DNA from: Octopus sinensis
Taxonomy: Eukaryota
Direction of reading: 5' to 3'
Length of the DNA stretch: 64,000 bases
Assembly: GCF_006345805.1 (NCBI RefSeq)
Contig: NC_042998.1
Span: forward strand, 188,294,001-188,358,000
Shown: piece after piece, positions 53,266-64,000 of the stretch
How positions within the stretch are numbered: position 1 is the first letter of the stretch
Layout of the letters: each line of letters begins with the position of its first letter
Made by a program: the position numbers and the translations under genes
The notes under the pieces: model-generated
Seen by the model: only the letters and a program-made list of their open reading frames with translations
Databases searched by the model: none
What the model was told of the DNA's origin: nothing

Positions 53266-54484
53266 CCCATATATTTTTGTATCCGTCTATTCTCTACCAA
53301 CATATCTCTCTTACTGTGTGCCCTATTTAAGCAACTGACGAATCCCTCAGAGGAGGCGAAACAGAATATATATATATATAATATATATATATATAATATA
53401 TATATATATATATTATATATATATATATATATAATTAAGAGGAATGATCACTAAAGTGGAACCCTATATGCTAAACATAGACGTCAAATCGCCATTACCA
53501 CGGAGAATGTGCTTCCAAGAAAAAAATGTCAGCAAAACGCCAAAATGTAAAAATGAGCAAGGCAAATGAAAACATACGAAATAAAAACGATTACCTACGT
53601 ACCATTGGTTTCACTTGTTAATATCTACGTATATAAAACACCCAGACATCTGCATGATCATCTGCGTAGTCTGTCGCTTACAAAACACAATTTCCAGAAC
53701 TAGATACAGAACGCTCAACCGAAATGTGTTCTCAAGAGAGAACACATTCTTCAAAATTTCGAGCCTTGTGCTTAGAGCAGAAACGAATATTTTGCCGTTA
53801 CTCGTTAATTCAAATATATCACCACATCCTTTTAAACTTTACCAAGATGAAAAAAAAATTACATTTAGGAAGTCAATTAGCTGCACTAATTTTACTAACT
53901 TCATGACTATTATCAAGCTTTTAATCTGACTTAGGACAAGTTTCTCACAAAATTTACGCAAAATTATTTAAACCTGGAATTGACAATTTCTGATTAAAAA
54001 AAAAATAAAGTGTACTGCTAATCTTGCTTTTGAGAAATTTCATCTCAGTTACATAGCAATGAAAATATGGGTTTCAACATGTAGCAATAGAGCGTGAAAC
54101 AAGAAAGAAGAGCTAATCTTGAGGGAATTTCATATTCATTATTTCATTATCTCATTAAGTGTCATATTCTGCTTGTAAATTTGCTGAGAAGTAACATGGG
54201 AATTGGAAACAACCACCCTAGATCAATTAGTGGACAGACATTCCACTGATGAAGGGAATATCAAAATATTTAAAACGTTTAACATTATACTTTTATTCTC
54301 ACTATAATCAATATCCACAACACAGTTTCCGTAAACGAAGGCACGTAAAGTTTTAGGGAAGGGGAATAGTTCATGGTAAATAAACTGTGAAGTTGATGCC
54401 ATCTTGACTTAGCTTCAGCTTATTCATACCTTTTAGAGATCACTCTCTTTTAAAGATTTAAAACAAGTTTGGACTCGGTAAAAT

Positions 54485-55464
54485 TAATTAAGTACTATAT
54501 TATCAGTTTGAGATGAATTACAGTTATTTTCCAAAGCTAATCCATACTCTTTTCTCTCAGTGACTAAGTGAGTTAAGCTTTGTCCAAAGAAATGAACCAT
54601 TCCATGAACACGAATCTGTAGTTTCCTTCACACTATATGCAATGCAATTCTTTTAAGAAACAATAATTGCTAGCATTCAAAACTAGAACTTCGCAGTACT
54701 CAACATTTTCCCAATAAAAATCTTAATATATTAAGACAAACCATTTTACAACATCTACTCTAGCACTAGACTTCTTATTCCTCAAATTATTCAAGCAGCC
54801 AACCTCATCTTGAAAAATTTCTTCAAAAGAAGAACTCAGTTCAAATGGTAAAAAGTAACATACTTCGGATATGATATGCATTATCTTGTTAGTACAACTG
54901 AGTTAGCTGTGGCGTAAACCACTTCACAATGAAACTTAGCGTTGGTTATGAAAGAACAATGAAGTTTATGTTAAAAATCGTAATGTGAAAATCAGCAGAA
55001 CAGAAAACATTTGGTTTGAAACGAAATACTAATAGAATAGTGAAAAAGTTTAGTTGTTTGCCCAATGTTAATTATAAGTATCCTTTAGAAAGATAGTTCA
55101 TATAATTTTTATGGGTCCACAAAAATGCTTATGATTCAGTATTTTGGGTTTCAGACTAGGTGGATTTTTCTGTCACTTTTGGTTGTACAAAGAGTGTAAC
55201 AATCAAAACCAGTCTTCGATTGTAAATTCGACACTTTTCTATCTGTACCATTTTACTTTACTGTTTCAATTATCAAGTTTTCTTTTGCATGGGTTATATA
55301 ATTTGTTCTCATATTGAATAATTAAGTACTATATTAGCCGTTTGAGATAAATAGGTATTTACAGGTATTTTCCAAAGTTAATCCATACACTTTCCTCTCA
55401 GTGACTAAGTGAGTTAAGCTTTGTCCAAAGAAATGAACCATTCCATGACCACGAATCTGTAGTT
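54485..55464. repeat. Pair of ~140-bp direct repeats (54485-54623, 55319-55464) around ~700 bp of unique sequence
   Basis: taattaagtactatatt...ctcagtgactaagtgagttaagctttgtccaaagaaatgaaccattccatga.cacgaatctgtagtt occurs in both. Confidence 0.92.
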
Positions 55465-56286
55465 CAGAGTATGTGTGAGAAAGAGGAATTTGGTAGTGTT
55501 ACTGCCAATCAAGTTCAAAGTGGCATTAATTTTAGTTATTATACTGTAAAACAATAAAATTTTGGTCAGCGAGAGTAAATAGTTTAAACGTTCATAATGC
55601 AAGGACATTGTCCTCGAACTTGCCAGACAGTCTCTATGTGGCCGTTTGAAATGGTAGAAATAGTAGCGAATTTTTCCTGTTATCACGCCGCACCACCATA
55701 AAAAGCATATGTTAGATAATGTGACCTTATGATTCCTACACATAAGAAAAGAAAAACTCGTCGGTCACAGCTGGAATGCATTTGATCATAGATATAATTG
55801 ATCAAGTAAGATTTGCAGATACGCAACAACAGCAACAAAGCCAAGGACAATAACAACAAAAAGAAAAAACAACATGGACATTTCCAATTAGGGAGTGACA
55901 TCTTTGAATTATGAAATAAAGGCAATCAGTTAATGAAGTGAAACCACAAGATTAACTCCCTGATTAAATTGGGAAATATATAAGTTAGAATAAAAGTGAC
56001 TTCTGACAGTAGTTGAAATTGTAAATAGCTCCAGAAATGCTAGAATGTCGTTGTTGCATATAACAGCTTTCATTACAAAACAAAATTACCTGATCAGGTT
56101 TTCTCATGGTCGTCATCATCGACAATTATAGTCCGCAATGTGATGATGACTTGTTTAATCTCCTTATCATAACCTCATTATATATTATAGGTGGATCTGT
56201 ACGTCACGAAAAGAGAAGGATAGCTATGACGAGAGATAACTTGAAATATAGTCAGACGTAACCCATAACAACTAAACATATTATAC

Positions 56287-56519
56287 CTATTTCTTTACTA
56301 CCCACAAGGCGCTAAACACAGAGGGGACAAACAAGGACAGACAAAGGGATTAAGTCGATTACATCGACCCCAGTGCGTAACTGGTACTTAATTTATCGAC
56401 CCTGAAAGGATGAAAGGCAAAGTCGTCCTCGGCGGAATTTGAACTCAGAACGTAGCGGCAGACGAATTACGGTTACGCATTTCGCCCGGCGTGCTAACGT
56501 TTCTGCTAGCTCGCCGCCT
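56287..56519 (-). mobile_element. SINE family A, full length
   Basis: 6-bp TSD TTATAC (56281, 56520). Confidence 0.93.
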
Positions 56520-56779
56520 TTATACTTTCTAGTAAGGAAATCATCATTCATACCACCTTGATGACGGTTTTACGATGTCATTTTTGTTTTTAGACTCAAA
56601 TATCTAAAAAAATTATTTCTTTCTTAAACATATTGCAGACAGCAAAAAGAAACAGTAATTTATTCGTCAAGAATGAGTAAAACAAGGACGAGGCTTCCAT
56701 GTGGGGAGAAATAAAATATTTTATACAATTTCCGAAGAGCACTAGGAACGTAAATAACGTTTAATATTTCATTTGCAAA

Positions 56780-56978
56780 GGCAGTGAGATGGCAGAATCG
56801 TTAGTATGCCGGAAAAAAATGCTCAGCGGCATTCTCTCTGTCTCTATCTGCTGAGTAACGTTGCCTCTCATCCTTACGGAGGTCGATAAAATAAGTACCA
56901 GTTGATCACTGGGGTCGTTGTAATCGACTTACCCTTCTCTTTGAAATTGTTGGCCTTGTGCCAAAACTTGAAACCAAT
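56780..56978 (+). mobile_element. SINE family A, alternative-tail variant (as 3136-3349)
   Basis: aaggcagtgagatggcagaatcgttag...ggccttgtgccaaaacttgaaacc. Confidence 0.8.
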
Positions 56979-57191
56979 ATTTCATCTGAGAATCGAAAGA
57001 TTCAAACTGAAGAATAAGATAAAGAAGGAAAACATGCCGAAAGAACGTTATAAATAAATTTTCGTACGACAAAAAAATTTACAGGTGTATGCTACAGTCA
57101 ACTGAATCAACCCAAAATGATATCTGATATTTTTTAACGAACACATACTTTGAGCAATAACATCCACAATTTTCTCGGGGATGAAACACAA

Positions 57192-57610
57192 GGCGTAGGA
57201 ATGGCTATGTGGTAAGTAGCTTGCTAACCAACCACATGGTTCCGGGTTCAGTCTCACTGCGTGGCATCTTCGGCAAGTGTCTTCTGCTATAACCCCGGGC
57301 CGACCAATGCCTTGTGAGTGGATTTGGTAGACGGAAACTGAAAGAAGCCTGTCGTATATATGTATATATATAAATATGTATGTGTGTGTGTTTGTGTGTC
57401 TGTGTTTGTTCCCCTAGCATTGTTTGACAACCGATGCTGGTGTGTTTACGTCCCCGTCACTTAGCGGTTCGGCAAAAGAGACCGATAGAATAAGTACTGG
57501 GCTTACAAAGAATAAGTCCCGGGGTCGATTTGCTCAACCAAAGGTGGTGCTCCAGCATGGCCGCAGTCAAATGACTGAAACAAGTAAAAGAGTAAAAGAG
57601 TAAGAGTAAG
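57192..57610 (+). mobile_element. SINE family B, full length
   Basis: ggcgtagg.atggct.tgtggtaagtagc head to (aaaagagt)n tail. Confidence 0.94.
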
Positions 57611-57959
57611 GTACACATCGGCTAGATTTGTGCTCAGGGCGTAAAGAACGGGAATAAATACTACTACAAGAGCTTCCAACAATTCTGATATTTCTCTCTC
57701 TAACAACGGGACAATGGAACACAAACATATTCTTCAGGCGCAAACCATATATCATAACGAACTAAAAGATTGGATAAATAGAAGAAACGCGATCAAGCTG
57801 AGAAGGTAATATATAGAAAACGCAGACAGTAAAACAACGGAAAACGAAAAGCGGAAAACGAAACTAAAGTGTCAAAAAGTAAAAAGTGCTATCCTCCTTA
57901 GGCCTTAAATGATAAGGCTGGAAAGATATCAAGTCAGTCAGGAATACGCAGAATTTTCA

Positions 57960-58520
57960 ATTCTTAAAAATGTATTTATACATATGCATTCAACTACCGA
58001 AAAATTCTGACCTGGAGTTCAATAGAGAGTCAGAGATCTTAGATCTGAACAGAATTTGTAGCCTTCAGCCAACGTCTACATTTATTCGATCCATTCACAT
58101 ATGGTATGGATTTCTCAATTACTTTCCATTTAATCACATGCAGTGTTTCGTTATCTTTCAAAGTCCATACGTAGCTAACCGACTTCGTAGCTTTACTTTT
58201 GTCCCTATGTCGGAAGCAGGCTATGTGATTGGCGTAACGATTTTTAAATTCTCCTTCACGTAATCCAATATTGGTCTTCATATCAGTTGTATTATTATTT
58301 AGGGTTTCAGTAACTTCTGCCTCATATATGATAGATTTAATCTTACATCGTTGGTCAAGTGGACAGGATCCTGGCTTGCAACAGTTGCAGCTGGATTCAG
58401 GTTCTTGGTGTTTCCCCCGTGTAATGGTATTCTTCACATTTGGGCAGCAGCTATATGGTAATTTCACAGAACGCCTATTGAATATTTTATTGTATTTGTG
58501 AGTAGCTGTGAGATCTAAGA
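57960..58520 (-). pseudogene. Second Naiad-type Penelope-like relic (thumb/linker + GIY-YIG), frameshifted
   Basis: KIFNRRSVKLPYSCCPN...CNCCKPGSCPLDQRC..SIIYEAEV...IGLREGEFKNRYANH...CRRWL...LLNSRSEFFGS*MHMYKY aligns with the C-terminus of the 8673-10439 ORF. Confidence 0.88.
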
Positions 58521-59949
58521 TCCCTAACTATCTATTGAACTGCAGTCAGCATTTGCTTCTTAACGTTTTGTTTTTGACATTGAGCGATTAAGGAAGACAA
58601 TTTTCTTTCCAAATATTAGCATACTGCCCAGATTGTAGCAAATCCCCTTTCACAATGTCAACAAGGTCCTATATCGCTTAGTCTTTCACATGTTAGTTTC
58701 CTCTATTTTCTTGGATTTTGCCAGTGGTTCTTATTGTTTTTGAGGTTGTTGGTGTTTTTCCCTCAGTTTTATGAGAGGTTTTCGTTTACATTGAATATTG
58801 CATAACAACCTCATCATGTAACGTTTTCTATAACCAGTAGACTGACTTTAATTTTTTTATGTTTGTTCGTTCGTTTGTTTGTGTGTGTTCATATGTGTGT
58901 TTATATTTGTGTTTGTGTGCGTGTGTGCGTGTGTGTGTGTGTGTGTGTGTGATTCGTTAATTCTCTTGTCATATTTGCCAAATATCTAACTATTGTAATC
59001 TTGAGGTTGTCGGTCAGTTGTTGTTTTGATGTTTCTGCAAAGCCTAGATAGGGTATTCCTTTAGTTTTCTATCTTTCATCAAACCTACTTTTCACCCCCT
59101 GCTTTATCTTCTATTTGCCTTGATTAACTGTTCATACAATACGTCTTTATTTCTTGCTTTCCTCCCACTTCGTATTTGTTTCCATTTTTGTTTCCACCAT
59201 TATTTTTCCGGGTGTGTAGATGTAAATTTTTTTTATTTCTCTTAATATACTTACATACTCTTGTTAATGTTAAGTTTAGTGTATTACAATGAGTAGCTCT
59301 CTGTTTCTCGACACTTTCTTTTTTTGTATATGCAAAGTGCTTAAACTGATTGATGGGTATAACTATTTTCTAGAACACATATCAATTACATCAAGTTTGT
59401 TTTACATCCACTAAATGAAATTTGTAGAGTATCTCAGTATCAGAAAATTAACTGGACTATATTTTCTGGGCAGGTTGAAGGGTTGCCTTAGTCTAGTAAT
59501 ATGGATAAATTTTGAAAAGGTCTTGGACCGGCACTAGTACCGTGGAGCATTGGAATTTCGGTATATATCCGTAATCACTAGTGTCACCAGCTGCCTTAAC
59601 TGAGATGTAGGCGGATGAGGAATGCATTCTGGACATGTTTGTTCAGTGTCCTGACTGTCCTGACATTCCTGGTTTACGGAGTTTAGCAGAATGGCAGTTA
59701 CTACAATAGGACAAATCCATGTTTCAGCCTCGCCCATCGTAGAGACAGATTCACTGCTTTTCCTTTGTGTAGAAATAGGTGACATGGTGGACACGACGCA
59801 ACAAATATGAGCATGGGTTTTCCTTTTGGCCAAACGATCATCAACATATGCATGTATAACATAAAGGGAAAGGTGAGAGTGGAAAAGATCAAGTGCTGTC
59901 GCTGAGTAAGTTTTCTGAAAGGTGAAGGAGAGAGGTTTATTACGTGGGT

Positions 59950-60327
59950 GAATGAAACTGCTCCAAAAGTTTCTCCTAAATTTTCCTAAAGCTTTTTCAT
60001 GAATGAAAATTCAAAAAGACATTTGACTTCGATAGTTTGGACTGAGAAATCTAGTCTAAGCGTCTCTTGTTGTCACCAGAACATGTCAATTCGATTATCA
60101 GGCATGATGTTTCCTTTCTGTTCAGAACAACAATGTCGGGTTTCCAACGTCTAATCTGATGGCCACACTGAATCATTGCATCTCACAAGGTTTTGCAATC
60201 CTCATTTTTAATAACTCCGTCTGGGATTCGGTCATACCGCCTCTGTGATCTTTGTAGGACATAATCTCCAGTGTTCTCAATGGACCATTCTTACCACATT
60301 GTCATGTCGTCTTTTGTATTGACGATG
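59950..60327 (-). mobile_element. R4/Dong-like RLE retrotransposon fragment 3
   Basis: YKRRHDNVVRMVH...WYDRIPDGVIKNEDCKTL*DAMIQCGHQIRRWKPDIVVLNRKETSCLIIE. Confidence 0.82.
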
Positions 60328-60415
60328 TATTATTATTATTATTATTATCATCATCATCATCATCATCATCATCAACATTATTATTATTATATTATTATTA
60401 TTATTATTATTATTA

Positions 60416-60449
<34 letters not shown>

Positions 60450-60450
60450 C
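60328..60450. repeat. (TAT)n(CAT)n(TAT)n array
   Basis: Directly visible. Confidence 0.97.
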
Positions 60451-60454
60451 GTTA

Positions 60455-61190
60455 TACACTTTTCAGGCAGTTTTCTATTGCATCACCTGCTACAACTGCG
60501 TATTGGCAGGGTGTATGCAGTATTATGTTTACTCTTTTGTTGTTAGGGGAGTGCAAAGTCTTCCTGGTATTGTATTTCATCCGTCTGTTTTTTTATGGGG
60601 TTGGGTTACTGTTTTTTGTATTAGTGCTTGCATTGCGTGTTGTATGTGTAATGCGAATTGTGTTTTGTTGGGTATCCGGCCTGTAGAGTACATGATGAAG
60701 GGATTGTTTATTTTAGTGGATATTTGCTATATAGAGTGTCTTGTGTTTGTGGAATGTCTTATTTGGGTTGTACTATTGAATTATTAGTTCATGGGCTGTT
60801 CCTAACAAGACTATTTTTTGGATAGTGTGTAGTGTTGAGGGTCCAGCTATAGCTTCTCCGTTTTGTTCATACGTTTTTTAAATCATATTCAATACTCCTT
60901 ATTATTACTGGTATTGTTTTGATTTTCATGTCGCACATCTTGGCTACTTCTATTTAAAGGTCTTTGTATTGTGACAATTTCTCCAGTTTTTTTCGGGGGG
61001 GGGGTCAATATTTTGGTCAGAAGGGACTGCAATGTCCGTCAGTAAGGAGATGTTTTTTTTTTTTTTACAATCCTTGATTATTATGCCTGGGCGATTATCT
61101 TTCATATCTTTGTCAGTTTGAAAAGGTATATCCCAGATGACTGTGGCCTGATCGTTGTTAGGTACCTTATTTTGGCACATGTTTATACCA
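60455..61190 (-). mobile_element. R4/Dong-like RLE retrotransposon fragment 2 with 3' UTR
   Basis: ATVIWDIPFQTDKDMKDNRPGIII...LTDIAVPSDQNI...IEVAKM...KTIPVII. Confidence 0.82.
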
Positions 61191-61263
61191 TTTATTGTTA
61201 GTTTTTATATTATTGTGTTGGCATATTGTCCAGTAGATATAAATACATACTCGTTCCTGTATG

Positions 61264-61339
<76 letters not shown>

Positions 61340-61346
61340 TTCAAAT

Positions 61347-61386
61347 TTATTATCATTATTATTATTATTATTATCATTATTATTAT

Positions 61387-61442
<56 letters not shown>

Positions 61443-61500
61443 TTGTTATTACTGTTGCTGTTATTATTATTGTCAATGTCGTTGTTGTTGTTGTTCTCAG
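61347..61500. repeat. (TAT)n(TAG)n(TTG)n compound array
   Basis: Directly visible. Confidence 0.95.
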
Positions 61501-62225
61501 AGCGCTCGGTGTTGTTTGCTCTGGTAGATTCTGTGAGAGCGGGCAGCAGCTTGCTGTCAGATGTCTCACAGAGTCTCTTTCAGCACTTTATAAGCCTTTG
61601 ATATTTGATTGCTAATTATCATGGAAGGCATTCAACATCCAAATACCAATCTCAAAATCCTAGCCGCCCCAGGAGAGCAGTTTATTGTGGGGGTTGTTCT
61701 ACTCTCATGTCAATTCCGATTTCTCTGGCATATTTCTTGAACTTGGTTTTTAGTGCTCCGAGTGCCCCTACAACTACAGGTATGACTGACACTCTCCTCA
61801 TAGTCCACATTCTTGCAATTTCGTCTTTTAGTAGTCTGTACTTTTCAATCTTTTCTAGTTCTTTATCACATATGCGTGCGTCCCTAGGTATTGCAATATC
61901 AATAATCTTGGTTTTCCTTTTTTCCCTATCTACCATAACAATATCTGGTCTCCGAGCCGCGATTAGGGAGTCACATTGGATTGTAAAATCCCACAGTATC
62001 TTCCATTCTTTGCTCTCGGTGACTCCGTTTGGTTCATGTTCGTACAATTTTCATGCTCTGTTAAGGCCGTGCTTTTCACATAGCCTCCAGTAGACGAACT
62101 TAGCAACGTTATCGCGCCTATTTTTGTAATGCATTTGGGCCCGCTTGCTACACTCGCAATATCTGAGATCACTTCGTTTTTGCTGCCACACATTTTACAA
62201 AGGGACGAATACAGCAGAGAATTTT
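61500..62225 (-). mobile_element. R4/Dong-like RLE retrotransposon fragment 1 (zinc knuckle + RLE + 3' UTR)
   Basis: CKMCGSKNE (CCHC start), YEHEPNGVTES...ILWDFTIQCDSLIAARRPDIVMVD...IIDIAIP...EKIEKY...VIPVVVGALG. Confidence 0.9.
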
Positions 62226-62261
62226 CGTATATAAGCTTGTAAAATTTTTTATATATATATG

Positions 62262-62320
<59 letters not shown>

Positions 62321-62429
62321 ATATAAGCTTTCAAAATTCTTTGAATGGCAAAGTTTTCAGTAACGATGACCCAATATATTTGTATGTATGTGTAAATATG
62401 TGAACTGTTAAACCTTGCACATTTTTTCT

Positions 62430-62610
62430 CTCTCCGTGTTTTGTTTTCATTCTATCTCCATTGTTTTCCTCTCAACCTTTTCTTTCGAAGAGCGTTGGCT
62501 CGGAACGTCAAAGACTTCTCCATTCTTCCCAACCGTCAGACTACTACACGTGCTTGTTGTTCCCTCACCTGTCTCCGTCTTTTGTTTTCTGTAAATTTGA
62601 AATGTACACA
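62430..62610 (+). mobile_element. Penelope-like pseudo-LTR-type repeat (same family as 35719-35900), hammerhead core decayed
   Basis: gaagagcgttggctcggaacgtcaaagac...cacctgtctccgtcttttgttttc. Confidence 0.55.
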
Positions 62611-63879
62611 CACACACACACGCGCACACTCACACACGTATATGCGTACACACACACACACACATATATATATAGCTAGATAGATAGGTATAGATATATT
62701 ACAGAAGTACAAAGGCCTTGAACGAATAGATCTCATGTTTATGAATATTATGAAACTTTACTCTGAACGTTAGAAGGTGGATTCTTTGATCCAATATTGT
62801 AAGAAATTCCAACTAAAATATTATGATGTAGTTTTGTATTAACAAATGTTCCATATTTTTTCCTAAAAAGATGAAAAAGAGAGAAGTTGGAGAAAATTCC
62901 CATTCCAGAAAATAAAGCAAAAAGATCACGGAAGACAGGTGAAAATGTGTATATTAGAGTGTGCTGTAGGAGGAGATGAAACAGAATAAAAATGAAAGAT
63001 AATGTTGAAAAAGATACGTGTGTAGGTTCAGAATTAAATGGAAGGAATGTCATTAAAGGAATCAATATCTAGAAATAAAAATACTGAGATACGGTACAGC
63101 CTTCGTTCAGTACATTAAAAACGAATTTCATGTAATAGATAGGTGCTCGAGAAAGCTATGAACAGTGTACAAGTTACATCAACGAATCTTTATGAGTAAA
63201 TTTTATATACTAAGAGGGAACCGTCAAGTACCCACGGTACAAGACATACAAAACATAGCGTTGGTAGGATTATATATTAGCAGAAAAGAAGATAGATGTA
63301 TAGATGTAACTCAGAAAATTGTGTGAGAAAATGCACAGAAAAAAAAGCAGAAATTATGAAATATGATAGAAACTGGAAATACAAAAAGTATTCCATCAAC
63401 AGATGGCGAAGGCAAACAGTATACAGTTGATAAAAAACCAGGTTTCGTCGAATAATGAAGAACCTTTAAACGATAGCTTCCTCTCAGCCATTTCTGAGTG
63501 CGGCTCGCCACCATCTTCGTAATATTGTTCTAGTTCTTAGGTAACTAAAGAGAGTACTTAACCAGGCCCAAATATCTTAAGCTGCCACTTCAGTTTGCGA
63601 GCTGAAATCCGACCGACTAGGTAATTATTGCTCTTGTCCGATAGCATCTCAGTGGCACCGTCTTCATATGTAGCAGTTCTTGTGGAATACTCATCAGTAC
63701 ATTTAGTTTCTGCTGTAATGCCTTAAGAGCCAGAATCAACAGGAGGAGGGAAATGGGAATCGACTGAGCGTTGGGTGCAAAACGGTTCCGAAAAGTGGTA
63801 ATTTAATGTGACCGATGAAAAGATGCTACTATACAAAAAAAAAAAAAAGCGAGGCTCCAAAGTACATATTTTGTATGAT

Positions 63880-64000
63880 TTATTTCTTTACTACCCACAA
63901 AGGAAAAAACGCAGAGAGGACAAACAAGGACAGACAAACGGATTAAGTCGATTATATGGCCCCCAGTGCGTAACTGGTACTTATTTAATCGACCCCGAAA
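63880..64000 (-). mobile_element. SINE family A 3' part, cut by the window edge
   Basis: tatttctttactacccac...aagtcgatt...ccccagtgcgtaactggtactt. Confidence 0.88.

Noticed and set aside
54246-54285. CUGAUGA, hairpin and AAACGUUU palindrome resembling a hammerhead
   Set aside because: G12 is missing and stem I cannot pair; at most a decayed relic.
59772-59910. Good acceptor plus GTGAGA/GTAAGT donors on +
   Set aside because: All three frames contain stops, and nothing else supports an exon.
63400-63722. Minus frame of ~110 codons with a repeated YEDG..EM motif
   Set aside because: Two in-frame TAA stops, the putative intron would be only 27 nt, and I recognise no family.

Overview
AT-rich, microsatellite-dense animal genomic DNA. 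From the SINE families and repeat landscape I infer a coleoid cephalopod, most likely Octopus; this is recognition, not a database result. The window is almost entirely intronic or intergenic, and most ORF-track entries are microsatellite artefacts. I can support only one host exon: a 240-nt phase-1/phase-1 exon at 46330-46569 (+) encoding an atypical cadherin-like fold. The only long ORF is a young, 5'-truncated Penelope-like element (Naiad-type RT plus GIY-YIG, 8673-10439, minus). Other mobile DNA comprises four tRNA-derived SINE families, RTE, CR1/L2, L1/Tx1 and RLE-type LINE fragments, Tc1 and mariner remnants, a non-autonomous Helitron and an internally deleted Gypsy element with intact boundaries. 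Highlights: (i) several hammerhead ribozyme folds read directly from the sequence (two near-canonical minimal type I, one A6U variant, one permuted candidate); (ii) a second Naiad relic with TGA and TGG exactly at conserved Cys positions, a possible selenoprotein-coding retroelement; (iii) RLE retrotransposons abutting (TACA)n and (TAA)n microsatellites, suggesting target specificity; (iv) a SINE flanked by a ~200-bp duplication; (v) a ~98%-identical inverted SINE pair plus long hairpins that could form dsRNA. No CRISPR, rRNA or bona fide tRNA genes were seen.
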